64,000 nt of DNA from Carpediemonas membranifera BICM (Eukaryota; Protista; Fornicata), in the NCBI GenBank assembly GCA_019828565.1, contig JAHDYR010000048.1, forward strand, positions 1 through 64,000, read 5' to 3'. Below the pieces are notes generated by a model, which was not told the DNA's origin, ran no database searches, and saw only the letters and a list, made by a program, of their open reading frames with translations. Of the stretch, positions 10,154-21,011 are shown in pieces. The translations under genes and the position numbers were made by a program. The number at the start of each line of letters is the position of its first letter. Position 1 is the first letter of the stretch.

Positions 10154-11614
10154 TAAACCTGCTAGGGTTGGGTGGCAAGGCTGGCAGACCAGTGGGCGTC
10201 ATTGTAAAGTCTGGTGTAAATTAGAGCATCCAGCCAGCATAAAGACGTTCTTTACATACACGACACCTAGTTCTTCCCCTTCCGCTTCCTCGGCTTGCTG
10301 CTACCGCCCTTCTTCTTGCCCTTGTCAGCCTTGGTCTCCTGTGCGGCAGGCTCGAAGCTGAGGTCAGCCCCCTCATCTTCCTCGGTCACCTTGAGGTCCT
10401 CCTCGTGTGTCTTCATATAAACCTTGGTCTTCACGATGGATGTCTTGACCATCTTGGCGAAGGCATCGAGGTCGACCTTGTGAGGTATGATCTTGGCCTT
10501 CTCAACGGCGCCGTTGTCGCCCAAGTCAAAGCCGGCGTTGAGTGCGATCTTCACGACCACGTTGTCAACTCGCGCTATGACTGCCCAGCGGCAGAATGTC
10601 TCAGGCTTCTTCGGGTCGGCCTTGTTCCTAACCTTCTTAAGCAGAGCGGACATGCCGGCGTTGCGGTGGCCGATGGTGAACTCACCGCGGCAGACGGCGG
10701 CCCAGGACGCGCCAAGGTCCCGGAGAGCGGGCGGCACGGCGTTGCTGGAGAGACAGATGAGGTCATGGTCCCTAAGATGGTCAAGGGCGCCCGAGATGAA
10801 GCGCTGGGCCCCCTTCTTTGAGGAAAACGCCCAGCGACCGTCAAAGATGCGCTGGACGCTCGAAGAGATGCCTGCGGCCCACACAGCCTGGCCAACATAC
10901 ACTGGGCGATACTTCTTGCTCACCTTAGAGTCGGGGTCAGCGCCGGGGGTGTCGTCGAGCACGAGGTTGGCGATCTGGGGCACGTCGTTCATGCCGAGGA
11001 ACATGTTGGACCGTGACTCCGCGGGCAGAGTGAGATTGACTTCAACAGAGTCGTGCAGTTTTGGGGCATCTGGGTTGGGGTCGTTGGAGACGTCGTCGGC
11101 GTCCTCCTCGGCCTCGTCGTTGACCGGGAGCTGGAAGGAGATGGTCTCGCCGGCCTCTGTTTCGATACGCTGCAGTGCCTCGAAGAATTCCTTGGCGGGC
11201 AGCTTATCGAGCTTGGCCGCGTCCGCGAGGTCGAGCTTGCGCTGGGCGATCTCCTTGCGTCTGAGCCACTCTGCGAGGTTAGCCTCGTCTCTCTTCGCCT
11301 TGATGTCAGCGGCGGCCTTCTCATCGACAGCTCCGCCCTTCTTCTCGGGGTAGGCGTTGACTGGCATCGTCTCGGGCTCCTGGTCGGGCAGGAGGTAGCC
11401 AACCTCGACGGCCCTGGCGCCCTTAGCGTCCTCGACGTTGACTAGCTGCAGCTGGAGGTCGCGCCACTCCTTATAAATTGGCCCGACCGCCAGAGTGCCG
11501 TCAGCGACCTGCTTGGCGAGGTCGGCGGGGTTATAGTGTAGAGGGTTCTTCACGATCTTGCTGCCCTTGCTGATGACGCCCTTGCTCGCCTTCTTCATCT
11601 TTGTCAGTGCCGAC
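10081..11614. repeat. Segmental duplication unit B, copy 1 (copy 2 at 16126-17658)
   Basis: Matches copy 2 apart from one C-run indel; covers the exonuclease 3' end and the 3' part of the Zn-finger gene. Confidence 0.97.
10267..11614 (-). pseudogene. 5'-truncated copy of the 16312-18623 hypothetical gene
   Basis: Identity with the full copy stops at 11614. An internal ATG (11598, MKKASK) could still give a shortened product. Confidence 0.75.
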
Positions 11615-11691
11615 TCCGCTTGCCGGCTGACTCTCGCGATCAGTCCCGATCGCGGCCCAGTCGAGCGAATGTGCACTTTTGCTCACAATTG

Positions 11692-13496
11692 ATGTTTCAC
11701 TGTAAGAGTTACACCACCGGGTCCACCACTACGAATGCAGCAGACTATGCTAAACCACAGTACTACCGCCAGCATACTTCGATCTGGAAACAACCCAATG
11801 AGAAGCTCTGCAAATACAACCTTTCGAAGGGCGAACAACAGTACAAGAACGAGAACGACTTTGTTGCATCCATTCCCACACGCTGTTTTGCTGGTGAGGA
11901 CGTTATCGCCTGGTCTTACGCCCCTTCCTCCGGGAAAACATCACTCGCACTCCTCACAACAGAGGACACGCTCAAGACTTCGCTGTTGAACGCAACTGAA
12001 GACGTTAAGACGAAGCTTAAGCAGCAGATTGGCCCTAAAGTAGCTGATCGCTTTACAGATGACCGGTTGCTCAGCCATCTCTCCACCGTGTTCGAGCCCT
12101 TCAGCAAGGCATTGCTGCACCATACCGCTCAGCCCGACGCCGTCGTGTTTGTTTACCTCCCCGAGCACGATTTCGGCTTCGTCGAGCTGTTGTTTGAGGC
12201 GAAGCGCGCTGGTAATGTTCTTAATGCAACAGGGCAGGCCTTTGTATACGCCGAGACTCTCCGCCTAACAGTCATGCACGTGGTGCAGAAGAGGTTTGGC
12301 AGCGCGGATTGCTCAAAGGTCCCCGCTGTTCTCGTGGAGCGTTTCCCCGTCATCTCTTTGAGTTCCGCGCACGGCGTTGTGGGTCACCTGACGCCAGTTG
12401 GCGAGTTTGGCGTGTTCGCAGGCCCGTTCCCCGATGGTTACAACTGGACGTGGACGTGTGATAATTCTGCGGAACTGAACGTCGAACAGTTCGTCGAGAT
12501 GCAATGGAGCTACGTCATCGCTACTGCACGCACGCTTAACACTCAGCTGTGTGATACCGCCTCCTGGAAGCTGTTCTTCCCAACCAAGTTCTGTCCACAG
12601 GGCTGTGCAAAGGAGTGTGCGCGGATGGTCACCACCTCTAACTCATTCCTGTACTTCTACGAGGATGGCGACCATAACAAGCTGCTGGCCAAGTTCGACC
12701 GCCACAGCCTTGGGCGCGCTGACCCCTCGTCACACTTCATGAGCAACCTTGCCCTATTTTCTATGTTCCGTAAGATCATGGACCATGTATATTGCGAGTG
12801 CTCAAGTGAACCAGTGGGAGACGTGAGGGAGAAGCCCCCCAGATTGTGTCCATACGCCCAGGTGCGCGGCATTGGAACCAGGTCACGCCCATCTCCGAAG
12901 ATTCGCTCTCCTATTCACTCCAGCGTGATCTGACGTCGACTCACCGCTTTGACATCACCGCTCTGATCGGCGCGATCTCTTCCCACCCCAAGCTGTTCGT
13001 CCAAAACATGATCCAACAGCTCTGCAACATTTACTGTGATGATGTCTCTGGCATCTGTTCCACGATTCTTCATCGCGACGCACGTCTCTGCAACATCTGC
13101 GTCATCAACAAGCTGCCCGATGCTGACTTTACTTTCGCCCCCGACGCCGAGAAAGGGGACGTTGCGTTCCGCCTGATTGACTGGGAGTGGATGCAAGTGT
13201 TTGATGGCTTTCGCCTTGTCGATGGGGATGCAGAACAAGCCCGCCGATCCCCCAACAACGTCGACCATGTAACCTCCACTAGTTGCCAGCTGGCCCAGCT
13301 GATCGGCAGCATGGAGCATTACAATCATGTGAACAAGGTGGTAGGGATGGACAACGCTTTGACGTTGCTGGAGTCGTTGCAAGAGACCGTGACGACATTA
13401 GGTGAGACGATAAGAAAGGCAAGCTACGAAGAGAGACTCGCGAAGTTTACTTCGCACATTGACCAGTGGAGTGAGCAGAATCTGGCGAGAGAGTAA
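11692..13496 (+). CDS. PD-(D/E)xK nuclease-like + atypical kinase protein, copy 2 (full length; one frameshift in a C-run near 12840)
   Basis: ATG 11692; QPDAVVFV...LLFEAKR; HRDARLCNI; LIDWE. The C-run has 6 C here and 7 C in the open copy 1. Confidence 0.75.
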
Positions 13497-16116
13497 AAGG
13501 GACCGATGACCCGGGATTGTAACTGGCCCACGAGTCGAACGGAGTCTCTCACTCTGTGAGAGGCCCGCGACGTCGACTTCCGAACTTCATAAGTGACGAT
13601 TCAACGATGCAACACGCTGGCAAATGCATGTATTGCCGAGTGTATGCTGACCCGATAAGCCTCACACTTCCTGTTCCTCCCTTCAAACCGCATGAGCTCA
13701 GCCACTCAAAAACAAAATTTTAAGATGAAACTGTCCGAACCCCATAAACCACTCAAACAGATCCCTCAGCCGCTGTAATCAACGAATACACGTCCCCCAA
13801 CCCCGAGTGGCTCACCCCCCAGTCATCGACCTCACTCTCGAGCTGCACCGCCTCCATCTCATCAAATATGTCCGCAAGTTCAGCAGTGTGGGTCGGAACC
13901 GTGAACAAACGGGTACCGTAGGTCGACCCAGTGAGGACTGCGGACGGCAGGGCACTCTGGACAACGTCGGCGATGAGATCAGTCTCCCCGGTACGCTCGG
14001 GACCAGTCACCACGAGTTTGTAGCCGAGCCCATAGTGTCTCTTAAGGTCCTCGGTTGGGGCCATACACTTCAACTTGCCGCCAACAAGGAAGGCAACGGA
14101 TTTGCCGCAGACTTCGATTTCTTCCATCGAGGATGACGCGAGCAAGATCGTCGAGATACCGTTAGATTGTGCGATATACTGCCAGATCCGCTGGCGGGTG
14201 ACTGGGTCAACCCCGAACGTCGGCTGGTCGAGCAGCAGGACCGGGGGGTCCCCTAGTATGGCTAGGGCCACCATCACAACCCTTTTTTGAGCCGGGGTGA
14301 GCGTGCTCGTGGCAGAGTTCCGTATGGCGTGCATATCTAGAATATTGAGCACTTCGCTGATTCCATCAGCCAGGTCGCCCCCGACGAGACCCTTGATCCT
14401 TCCCACGAAGGCGAGATGCTCTCCTACAGTGAGCATTGGCCATAAATAGTCCTGCTGGGTGCACACCCCGATGGACCTGTACACCGCCCGAGAGCCATTC
14501 GCCTTGGACCCAGCGACAGTAGCGGTTCCCTTCGGCTTAACCTGCGATGTGAGGACGTTGATGAGCGTGGATACACCCGCCCCGGCGGGGCCAGCGAGGG
14601 CGAGGGTCGAGCCTCTGGGGATGACGAAGGAGACGTCGTCGAGGGCCTGTATGGTCTGGCCGAACTGCTGGCGGAACCTCTTGCTGATGTGTTTGACGAC
14701 GATGCCGTCGGCGTCGTCGGGCATGGCTTCAGCTTGCATCCGCTGCTGCTGGACAGAGGGGTGTGGTAGGAGAGCGCCTGGGACAAGAGAGCGGCGTCTG
14801 GTACGAATAGCAGCAGGGGTGGCCTCTTCTTCGACCACTCTTGGGTCAATACGGTGAGTAATAAACCGGAAAACGAAGACGAGGGAGCGGAGGCCGAAAG
14901 AGACCGTTAGCACGCGGTTGAAGCCCTTGGACGCGTAGAAGAACGCCGTCGTAACAAGTTCCGACAGCTTCCAGTCGATAATGAACCCGATGCAAAGCTG
15001 CACCGGCGTCGTACCAATAATCATGAGCACGAATGACCAGAACGGCCAGCCGACGGTGGTAAGGTATGCTCCGTTATGCCCAACTGTAGAGACGTCGGCG
15101 AGGATCTTGAGGGCTGCCTGGAGCGAGGCTGAGGGCAGTACAAGCGGAATAAGCTCTGTCGAAGAGAACTGGTCCGAGAGATACGAGACGATGCACGCCG
15201 ATTCGTTGAGAACAATGGCGACAACTGTGCCTACGATGACGGCGACATGGACGTTTCTCAGCAGAGGCGCGATCATCATGGCTGTGGAGGCAAGGTTGGC
15301 TGCAAAGGCCACGAATAGAACAAAATATAGGAAAAAATTGTTCAGGGTGAAGAATCTGATGTCGAAAGCAAGGCCACTGATGATGATCGGGGTCAACGGG
15401 ATGCACATGACACAAAAGGCCACCCCGTAGTTAACTGTCCAATAAACTGTGCGACGTACACCAAGGATCGACAAATGACGGCGCATTCCCAGAGAGATAT
15501 CCGCAGCGAGGCCGACCAGGATGGAGGGCAGCGCCATATGCAGTGCCATACCAAGCGGCTCTACGAGAGAAAGTGCTGTGTAGTCAACGGCGGCCTCGTC
15601 CTCCTCCCTGGGGTAGTCCGCGGTCGAGTGGGAGACGTATGAGAGGGCCGGGGAGACTGTCTGGAGCCAGGCGTTGGTCAGCATGTCATTCAGTGGGAGG
15701 AGGTGGGTGGATGAGAAGGAGCCCGCGCTGTTGGGCTGGGTAACGGTGTCGTTGACGAGGATCTTCACGTCAAGGCCGGTGGAGTCGGCCTTACTGAACA
15801 CTACGGCACCCAGGGTCTCGTTGTGGTTGTCCCACGAGTCAAGGAAGAAGGTGTTTGCGGCAGCCTCAGATGCGGGCACGAACCTGGGAGAAACAACCCC
15901 GTTGATAGTGGAATTCTCAATCCCTGCGAGAAAACCTGATGCACCGCTGTCGTCTAGCTTGCCTACATCGACCCCTGCGTCCTCCGCATAGAAGACTGTG
16001 AATGGTTCAGGCTCGGAAGACTTTGGACTGTGAGCGGCGGCACTGACCTGAGACCAGCGCTGTGTCATATTGCTAGGTGTGGAATCAGCTTCAAAGTATA
16101 CGTCGAAGTTCGTGCT
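12178..16116. repeat. Segmental duplication unit A, copy 2 (probably begins at 11615, matching sequence upstream of the window)
   Basis: Matches 1-3945. Confidence 0.95.
13753..16116 (-). CDS. ABCA half transporter, copy 2; frame intact but N-terminus and first TM lost at the 16117 junction
   Basis: 771-aa ORF from an internal ATG; the upstream MKLVSAPP...TM segment of copy 1 is absent. Confidence 0.8.
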   Translation of the reverse strand, partial: STNFDVYFEADSTPSNMTQRWSQVSAAAHSPKSSEPEPFTVFYAEDAGVDVGKLDDSGASGFLAGIENSTINGVVSPRFVPASEAAANTFFLDSWDNHNETLGAVVFSKADSTGLDVKILVNDTVTQPNSAGSFSSTHLLPLNDMLTNAWLQTVSPALSYVSHSTADYPREEDEAAVDYTALSLVEPLGMALHMALPSILVGLAADISLGMRRHLSILGVRRTVYWTVNYGVAFCVMCIPLTPIIISGLAFDIRFFTLNNFFLYFVLFVAFAANLASTAMMIAPLLRNVHVAVIVGTVVAIVLNESACIVSYLSDQFSSTELIPLVLPSASLQAALKILADVSTVGHNGAYLTTVGWPFWSFVLMIIGTTPVQLCIGFIIDWKLSELVTTAFFYASKGFNRVLTVSFGLRSLVFVFRFITHRIDPRVVEEEATPAAIRTRRRSLVPGALLPHPSVQQQRMQAEAMPDDADGIVVKHISKRFRQQFGQTIQALDDVSFVIPRGSTLALAGPAGAGVSTLINVLTSQVKPKGTATVAGSKANGSRAVYRSIGVCTQQDYLWPMLTVGEHLAFVGRIKGLVGGDLADGISEVLNILDMHAIRNSATSTLTPAQKRVVMVALAILGDPPVLLLDQPTFGVDPVTRQRIWQYIAQSNGISTILLASSSMEEIEVCGKSVAFLVGGKLKCMAPTEDLKRHYGLGYKLVVTGPERTGETDLIADVVQSALPSAVLTGSTYGTRLFTVPTHTAELADIFDEMEAVQLESEVDDWGVSHSGLGDVYSLITAAEGSV

Positions 16117-16125
16117 GAACGTGCC

Positions 16126-17658
16126 GAACGGCCTGATGACCCATGATGAGTGGGAGGAGCGTCGTGTCGCTCGGGAGCTTGCTAATGCCGAGATTTGATA
16201 AACCTGCTAGGGTTGGGTGGCAAGGCTGGCAGACCAGTGGGCGTCATTGTAAAGTCTGGTGTAAATTAGAGCATCCAGCCAGCATAAAGACGTTCTTTAC
16301 ATACACGACACCTAGTTCTTCCCCTTCCGCTTCCTCGGCTTGCTGCTACCGCCCTTCTTCTTGCCCTTGTCAGCCTTGGTCTCCTGTGCGGCAGGCTCGA
16401 AGCTGAGGTCAGCCCCTCATCTTCCTCGGTCACCTTGAGGTCCTCCTCGTGTGTCTTCATATAAACCTTGGTCTTCACGATGGATGTCTTGACCATCTTG
16501 GCGAAGGCATCGAGGTCGACCTTGTGAGGTATGATCTTGGCCTTCTCAACGGCGCCGTTGTCGCCCAAGTCAAAGCCGGCGTTGAGTGCGATCTTCACGA
16601 CCACGTTGTCAACTCGCGCTATGACTGCCCAGCGGCAGAATGTCTCAGGCTTCTTCGGGTCGGCCTTGTTCCTAACCTTCTTAAGCAGAGCGGACATGCC
16701 GGCGTTGCGGTGGCCGATGGTGAACTCACCGCGGCAGACGGCGGCCCAGGACGCGCCAAGGTCCCGGAGAGCGGGCGGCACGGCGTTGCTGGAGAGACAG
16801 ATGAGGTCATGGTCCCTAAGATGGTCAAGGGCGCCCGAGATGAAGCGCTGGGCCCCCTTCTTTGAGGAAAACGCCCAGCGACCGTCAAAGATGCGCTGGA
16901 CGCTCGAAGAGATGCCTGCGGCCCACACAGCCTGGCCAACATACACTGGGCGATACTTCTTGCTCACCTTAGAGTCGGGGTCAGCGCCGGGGGTGTCGTC
17001 GAGCACGAGGTTGGCGATCTGGGGCACGTCGTTCATGCCGAGGAACATGTTGGACCGTGACTCCGCGGGCAGAGTGAGATTGACTTCAACAGAGTCGTGC
17101 AGTTTTGGGGCATCTGGGTTGGGGTCGTTGGAGACGTCGTCGGCGTCCTCCTCGGCCTCGTCGTTGACCGGGAGCTGGAAGGAGATGGTCTCGCCGGCCT
17201 CTGTTTCGATACGCTGCAGTGCCTCGAAGAATTCCTTGGCGGGCAGCTTATCGAGCTTGGCCGCGTCCGCGAGGTCGAGCTTGCGCTGGGCGATCTCCTT
17301 GCGTCTGAGCCACTCTGCGAGGTTAGCCTCGTCTCTCTTCGCCTTGATGTCAGCGGCGGCCTTCTCATCGACAGCTCCGCCCTTCTTCTCGGGGTAGGCG
17401 TTGACTGGCATCGTCTCGGGCTCCTGGTCGGGCAGGAGGTAGCCAACCTCGACGGCCCTGGCGCCCTTAGCGTCCTCGACGTTGACTAGCTGCAGCTGGA
17501 GGTCGCGCCACTCCTTATAAATTGGCCCGACCGCCAGAGTGCCGTCAGCGACCTGCTTGGCGAGGTCGGCGGGGTTATAGTGTAGAGGGTTCTTCACGAT
17601 CTTGCTGCCCTTGCTGATGACGCCCTTGCTCGCCTTCTTCATCTTTGTCAGTGCCGAC
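16126..17658. repeat. Segmental duplication unit B, copy 2
   Basis: Matches 10081-11614. Confidence 0.97.
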
Positions 17659-18623
17659 CTCGACTGGGCGGCGTGGGACTGGCTCCTGCCCTTCTGGGCC
17701 ACGTCCTGCTCCTGGCGCTCCTTCTCTGTGCGTCTGTCGACCGTGCCCTGGAGCTGACGTCTGCCCTGGCGACGGGAGGGACGCAGCGTCATGGAACGCA
17801 TCTCGGTGTCCTTGACGAAGTAACGCTTGCTGTGCTCAGCGGTCATGCACCACGTGGCGAGCTTCTTGGCGGACTCGACCTCCTCTGTGCTCAGGCCGGG
17901 GATGAGGGCGTCGGCGAGCACAGCGGCACGGTTATAAAGGGCGCGGTAAAAGTGACCGCGGATCACCCCGATAAAGGCCTCGGGCTGGAAGAACCGGATC
18001 CAGTTGAGCGACACGAGTGCCCTGGTAGCAGCGCTGACGGCCATGTTGAAGAAGGATTCCTTCTCGGCTTTGTCCTTGGCCTCCGACCCAGAGACGACGA
18101 GGCGGACGCACTCGGTCATAATAAAGTCAAGCTCGGTGGCCACAGAGAGGGTCGCAGCATCGGTGTCGGCCACAGCTTGGTTCTTGTTGCACCAGTCGAC
18201 TGTCACATCGCGGGGACCCATCTTGATCTTCATGACAGTGGGAAGGGAGGTAGGACCCCAGGAAGCGCTGCACTGTTCGCATGTGTGGAGCTTGGAGATC
18301 TTGGAAGCCTCGGCGTTGTTGTCGTTAGAGCGCCAGGGCTCCTTGTTATCGCCGAAAGCGCACTTGGGGCAATAGGCATGCTTGCAGTTCCAGCAAACGG
18401 CAGCGTCGTGCAGTGTTTCGAGGACGCACTCACACTTGGAGCATGTCAGGTGGCGATCGGCGCCAACAACGCTCTCAACAGACTGGTAACGGCCATCCTC
18501 AGCGAGTTCGAGCATACTACGGCACTCTTCGGGGCTGAAATCGGAAGTGCAGAAGTTATCGGCAGCATCCAACGCGTTGTACTGGTCAGGTTCGACAAGG
18601 TTCCCTTCTATGCCGAAGATCAT
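16312..18623 (-). CDS. Hypothetical protein with N-terminal Cys-rich zinc finger (FYVE/RING-like) and basic C-terminal tail; likely artefactual C-run frameshift near 16413
   Basis: CSKC...CWNC...YCPKC...TCEQC. The true C-terminus (…KPRKRKGKN) is seen in copy 1. Confidence 0.75.
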
Positions 18624-18760
18624 GCTGGTTGCGTCTTTTCATGCCAAGAAAAAATGCGGGATCAAAGCTCGCTCAATGAGCCACCCTGTGCGCCCGACCA
18701 GACATTGTCAGAGACAGGATAGGGGTCTAACTGCCTACAGACCCCGAAAATGGGTCATTT

Positions 18761-19450
18761 ATGTCGATTCGTCCGAGTCACGAATATCATCACAAACAGC
18801 GTGCAAAACCAATCCTCCTGAGCATGCATCTGTCCGGTGGTTCTGGTTTGCAGTTCCACACACTAGACGAGTTTCACAGGTACATTATCGATTGTGAAAA
18901 CCGCAACAACACAACGTGGGTGAAGACAAACGGTTCTCGCGAGAGTTCAGGGGGGAGAATGACTTATAGGTACCGCTGCCATGTATGTGCACCAAATCAG
19001 AAGGATCAGAAGGGGAAAACACGCGTCCCCGCAATAGGTCCAGTTGTTCATGCCCGTTTCGAACACAACGGCGGCGTCTGGCTTGACGAGGAGAGCTTGC
19101 ACGTGCTCAACTCACACGGCCATTCACCCAGCACCGAGCCCCCAGCAAGCATAGCCATGCGGATGGTCGCCAAGCAGTACCTGCGTAACAACATGACTGA
19201 TGGTGCCGGAATGTACCAAGTCGGCGCCGTCCTTGCCGCACTCGAGCGGGAGCTAGGCCTCCCACATCCGCCTAAGCCGCACCATACGGTCAAGGTGGGG
19301 AACCTGCTGCGTAGTGTCCGCAAGACGAAGTTAACTATCCCGTCGCCCTTGAAACATCCAAATATGCTTGTTGTGGGCGGGGTGCAGCTTGGAGAGGCAC
19401 CACCATTGGGTGTGGACGTGACTGGTACGGCGTTTCCCCTACCGCCATGA
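18761..19450 (+). mobile_element. Truncated MULE/FAR1-like transposase-derived ORF
   Basis: GLQFHTLDEFHRYI...WVK..S....YRYRC...HGH resembles the FAR1/WRKY-like DNA-binding domain. LGVDVTG resembles the first MULE catalytic D-x-T motif, and the frame ends just after it. Confidence 0.5.
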
Positions 19451-19828
19451 AGGGACCCTGGTCGGCTTGAGCTGACATCAACAGACTAAAATTGCGCGTC
19501 ATGGATTGTTGTGTTGCTGAAGTCTTCCAGACTAACCTGTTATGTTCAGTCGAACCCGTTGCTTTGTTCTCGGGTTGATTGGTTGTCGCAAATCTTTGAC
19601 CATGATGACAACAAACGATTGCACTCTTGCCGACCCAACACAGATCCACGGCCTCGCAGCACGGCCAAACTCGACACTCGAGGCATCATTGGTGGCGCGA
19701 GATTCCCTAGATATCCAGATTCAGCACAATATATCTGTCGACCAAAACGGAGATTTTGACAAAAGAATGTCTCCAAGAACGGCGATAACTCCACCAAAGT
19801 CTTAGTCAAAACACTGAGAACCAGGAAT

Positions 19829-20816
19829 ATGAAGAGTCTTTTCTTAGGTTTGCTCCTTCTCGCCACAATCGGTCTCTGCGTCGACTGTGAATGGTATGGC
19901 GTCAGCTCCATGACTCTCAGCAGCTATGACGAAGCTACTGAAGACAGAACTTTAACCTTTTCTGTTGTTAGCGCCTGCCAGTCCCTTGTGAGCTCCTCTA
20001 GCGTGCTGAGGCTGTACCAAAAGTCTGCCAGCTTCTTCGAAACCGTCACTGAGTATGTATTTTCGCCACTTGGCATGTAGTATCTCCTTACCCAGCATCA
20101 CCGACAACATTGAGTCGTCCAGCCTTGTCCATCTCCCCGCTGGCGCGGCCAACGTCACCTTCGATGTCTCTAGCTACGGCACCGACAACGAGTACTACCT
20201 CTGTGTCTCCCTCGACGGCGATGACAACGTCTATGGCTGCTCGTCCTCGTACTACGTCCTGGGCGACGACAACCTGAACATCGGTGGCATCATTGCTGGC
20301 GCGATGGGCGCCATCGTCTGGCTGCTCATCATCTGCTGCTCCCCACTGTGCCTCTGCTGCGTCGTGTGTGTCAAGATCATCTGCCTCATCAGCTGCGTCG
20401 TCATCGCGATCAAGCTCTTCTGCGGTGGGTCAAGCTCTAAGCTGAACCCTAACACTGTCCAGGCCAACACCAACAACCCCATGTTCTCCAACGGCCCGCC
20501 CCAGCCTTACGGCGCATACGGCCAGCCCCAGCAGGGTTATGGCCAGCCTCCCCAAGGCTACGCCCAGCCCAACCAGCCGGGTCCCTACCCTCCCCAGCAG
20601 ACGTACCCTCCCCAGCAGGGTCAGGTCCCCCAGCAAGGCTATGCCCCCCAGCAGGCCCAGCCCCCTCAGCAGGCCCAGACCTACGGCCAGCCTGGCTTCG
20701 GTCAGGGCGGCTACCTGCCCCAGGACCAGCAGGGTCAGCCCATGCAAGACCCCGCCGCCCAGCAGCAGCCCCAGGGCTACGCTGGCCCGCCACCTCCTGG
20801 CGACAACCAGGCTTAA
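19829..20816 (+). CDS. Type I membrane protein: signal peptide, Cys-containing ectodomain, Cys-rich TM, P/Q/Y/G-rich tail; intron 20053-20095
   Basis: MKSLFLGLLLLATIGLC; intron GTATGT...CTTACCCAG joins ORFs 19829 and 20055 in frame (an alternative in-frame acceptor is at 20080); ICCSPLCLCCVVC; NPMFSNG. Confidence 0.85.
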
Positions 20817-21011
20817 GTGTGACGCTTGATGTCATAAATGATGAATGAATAGACGCTTGCTTTTAATTTTTAAGAAATGACAGCTCCTTCCCACCTTGAC
20901 GATGGCAGTTACACATCCTGCGGCACGGCAGAGTCACATTTGGTTGAGGGAATCGTGAATCAAGCTTCCGGGATTTGGATCCCGGGCGACCATTTGGGAC
21001 ACAATTTTGAA

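Noticed and set aside
11615-16125. A 4.5-kb transposon with 1.5-kb LTRs or target-site duplication
   Set aside because: The flanking repeats are ordinary gene fragments, the interior has no transposase, integrase or RT, and no terminal inverted repeats were seen.
20480-20810. CAG/CCC-rich repeats as a tandem-repeat element
   Set aside because: Explained by the P/Q-rich coding tail of the membrane protein.
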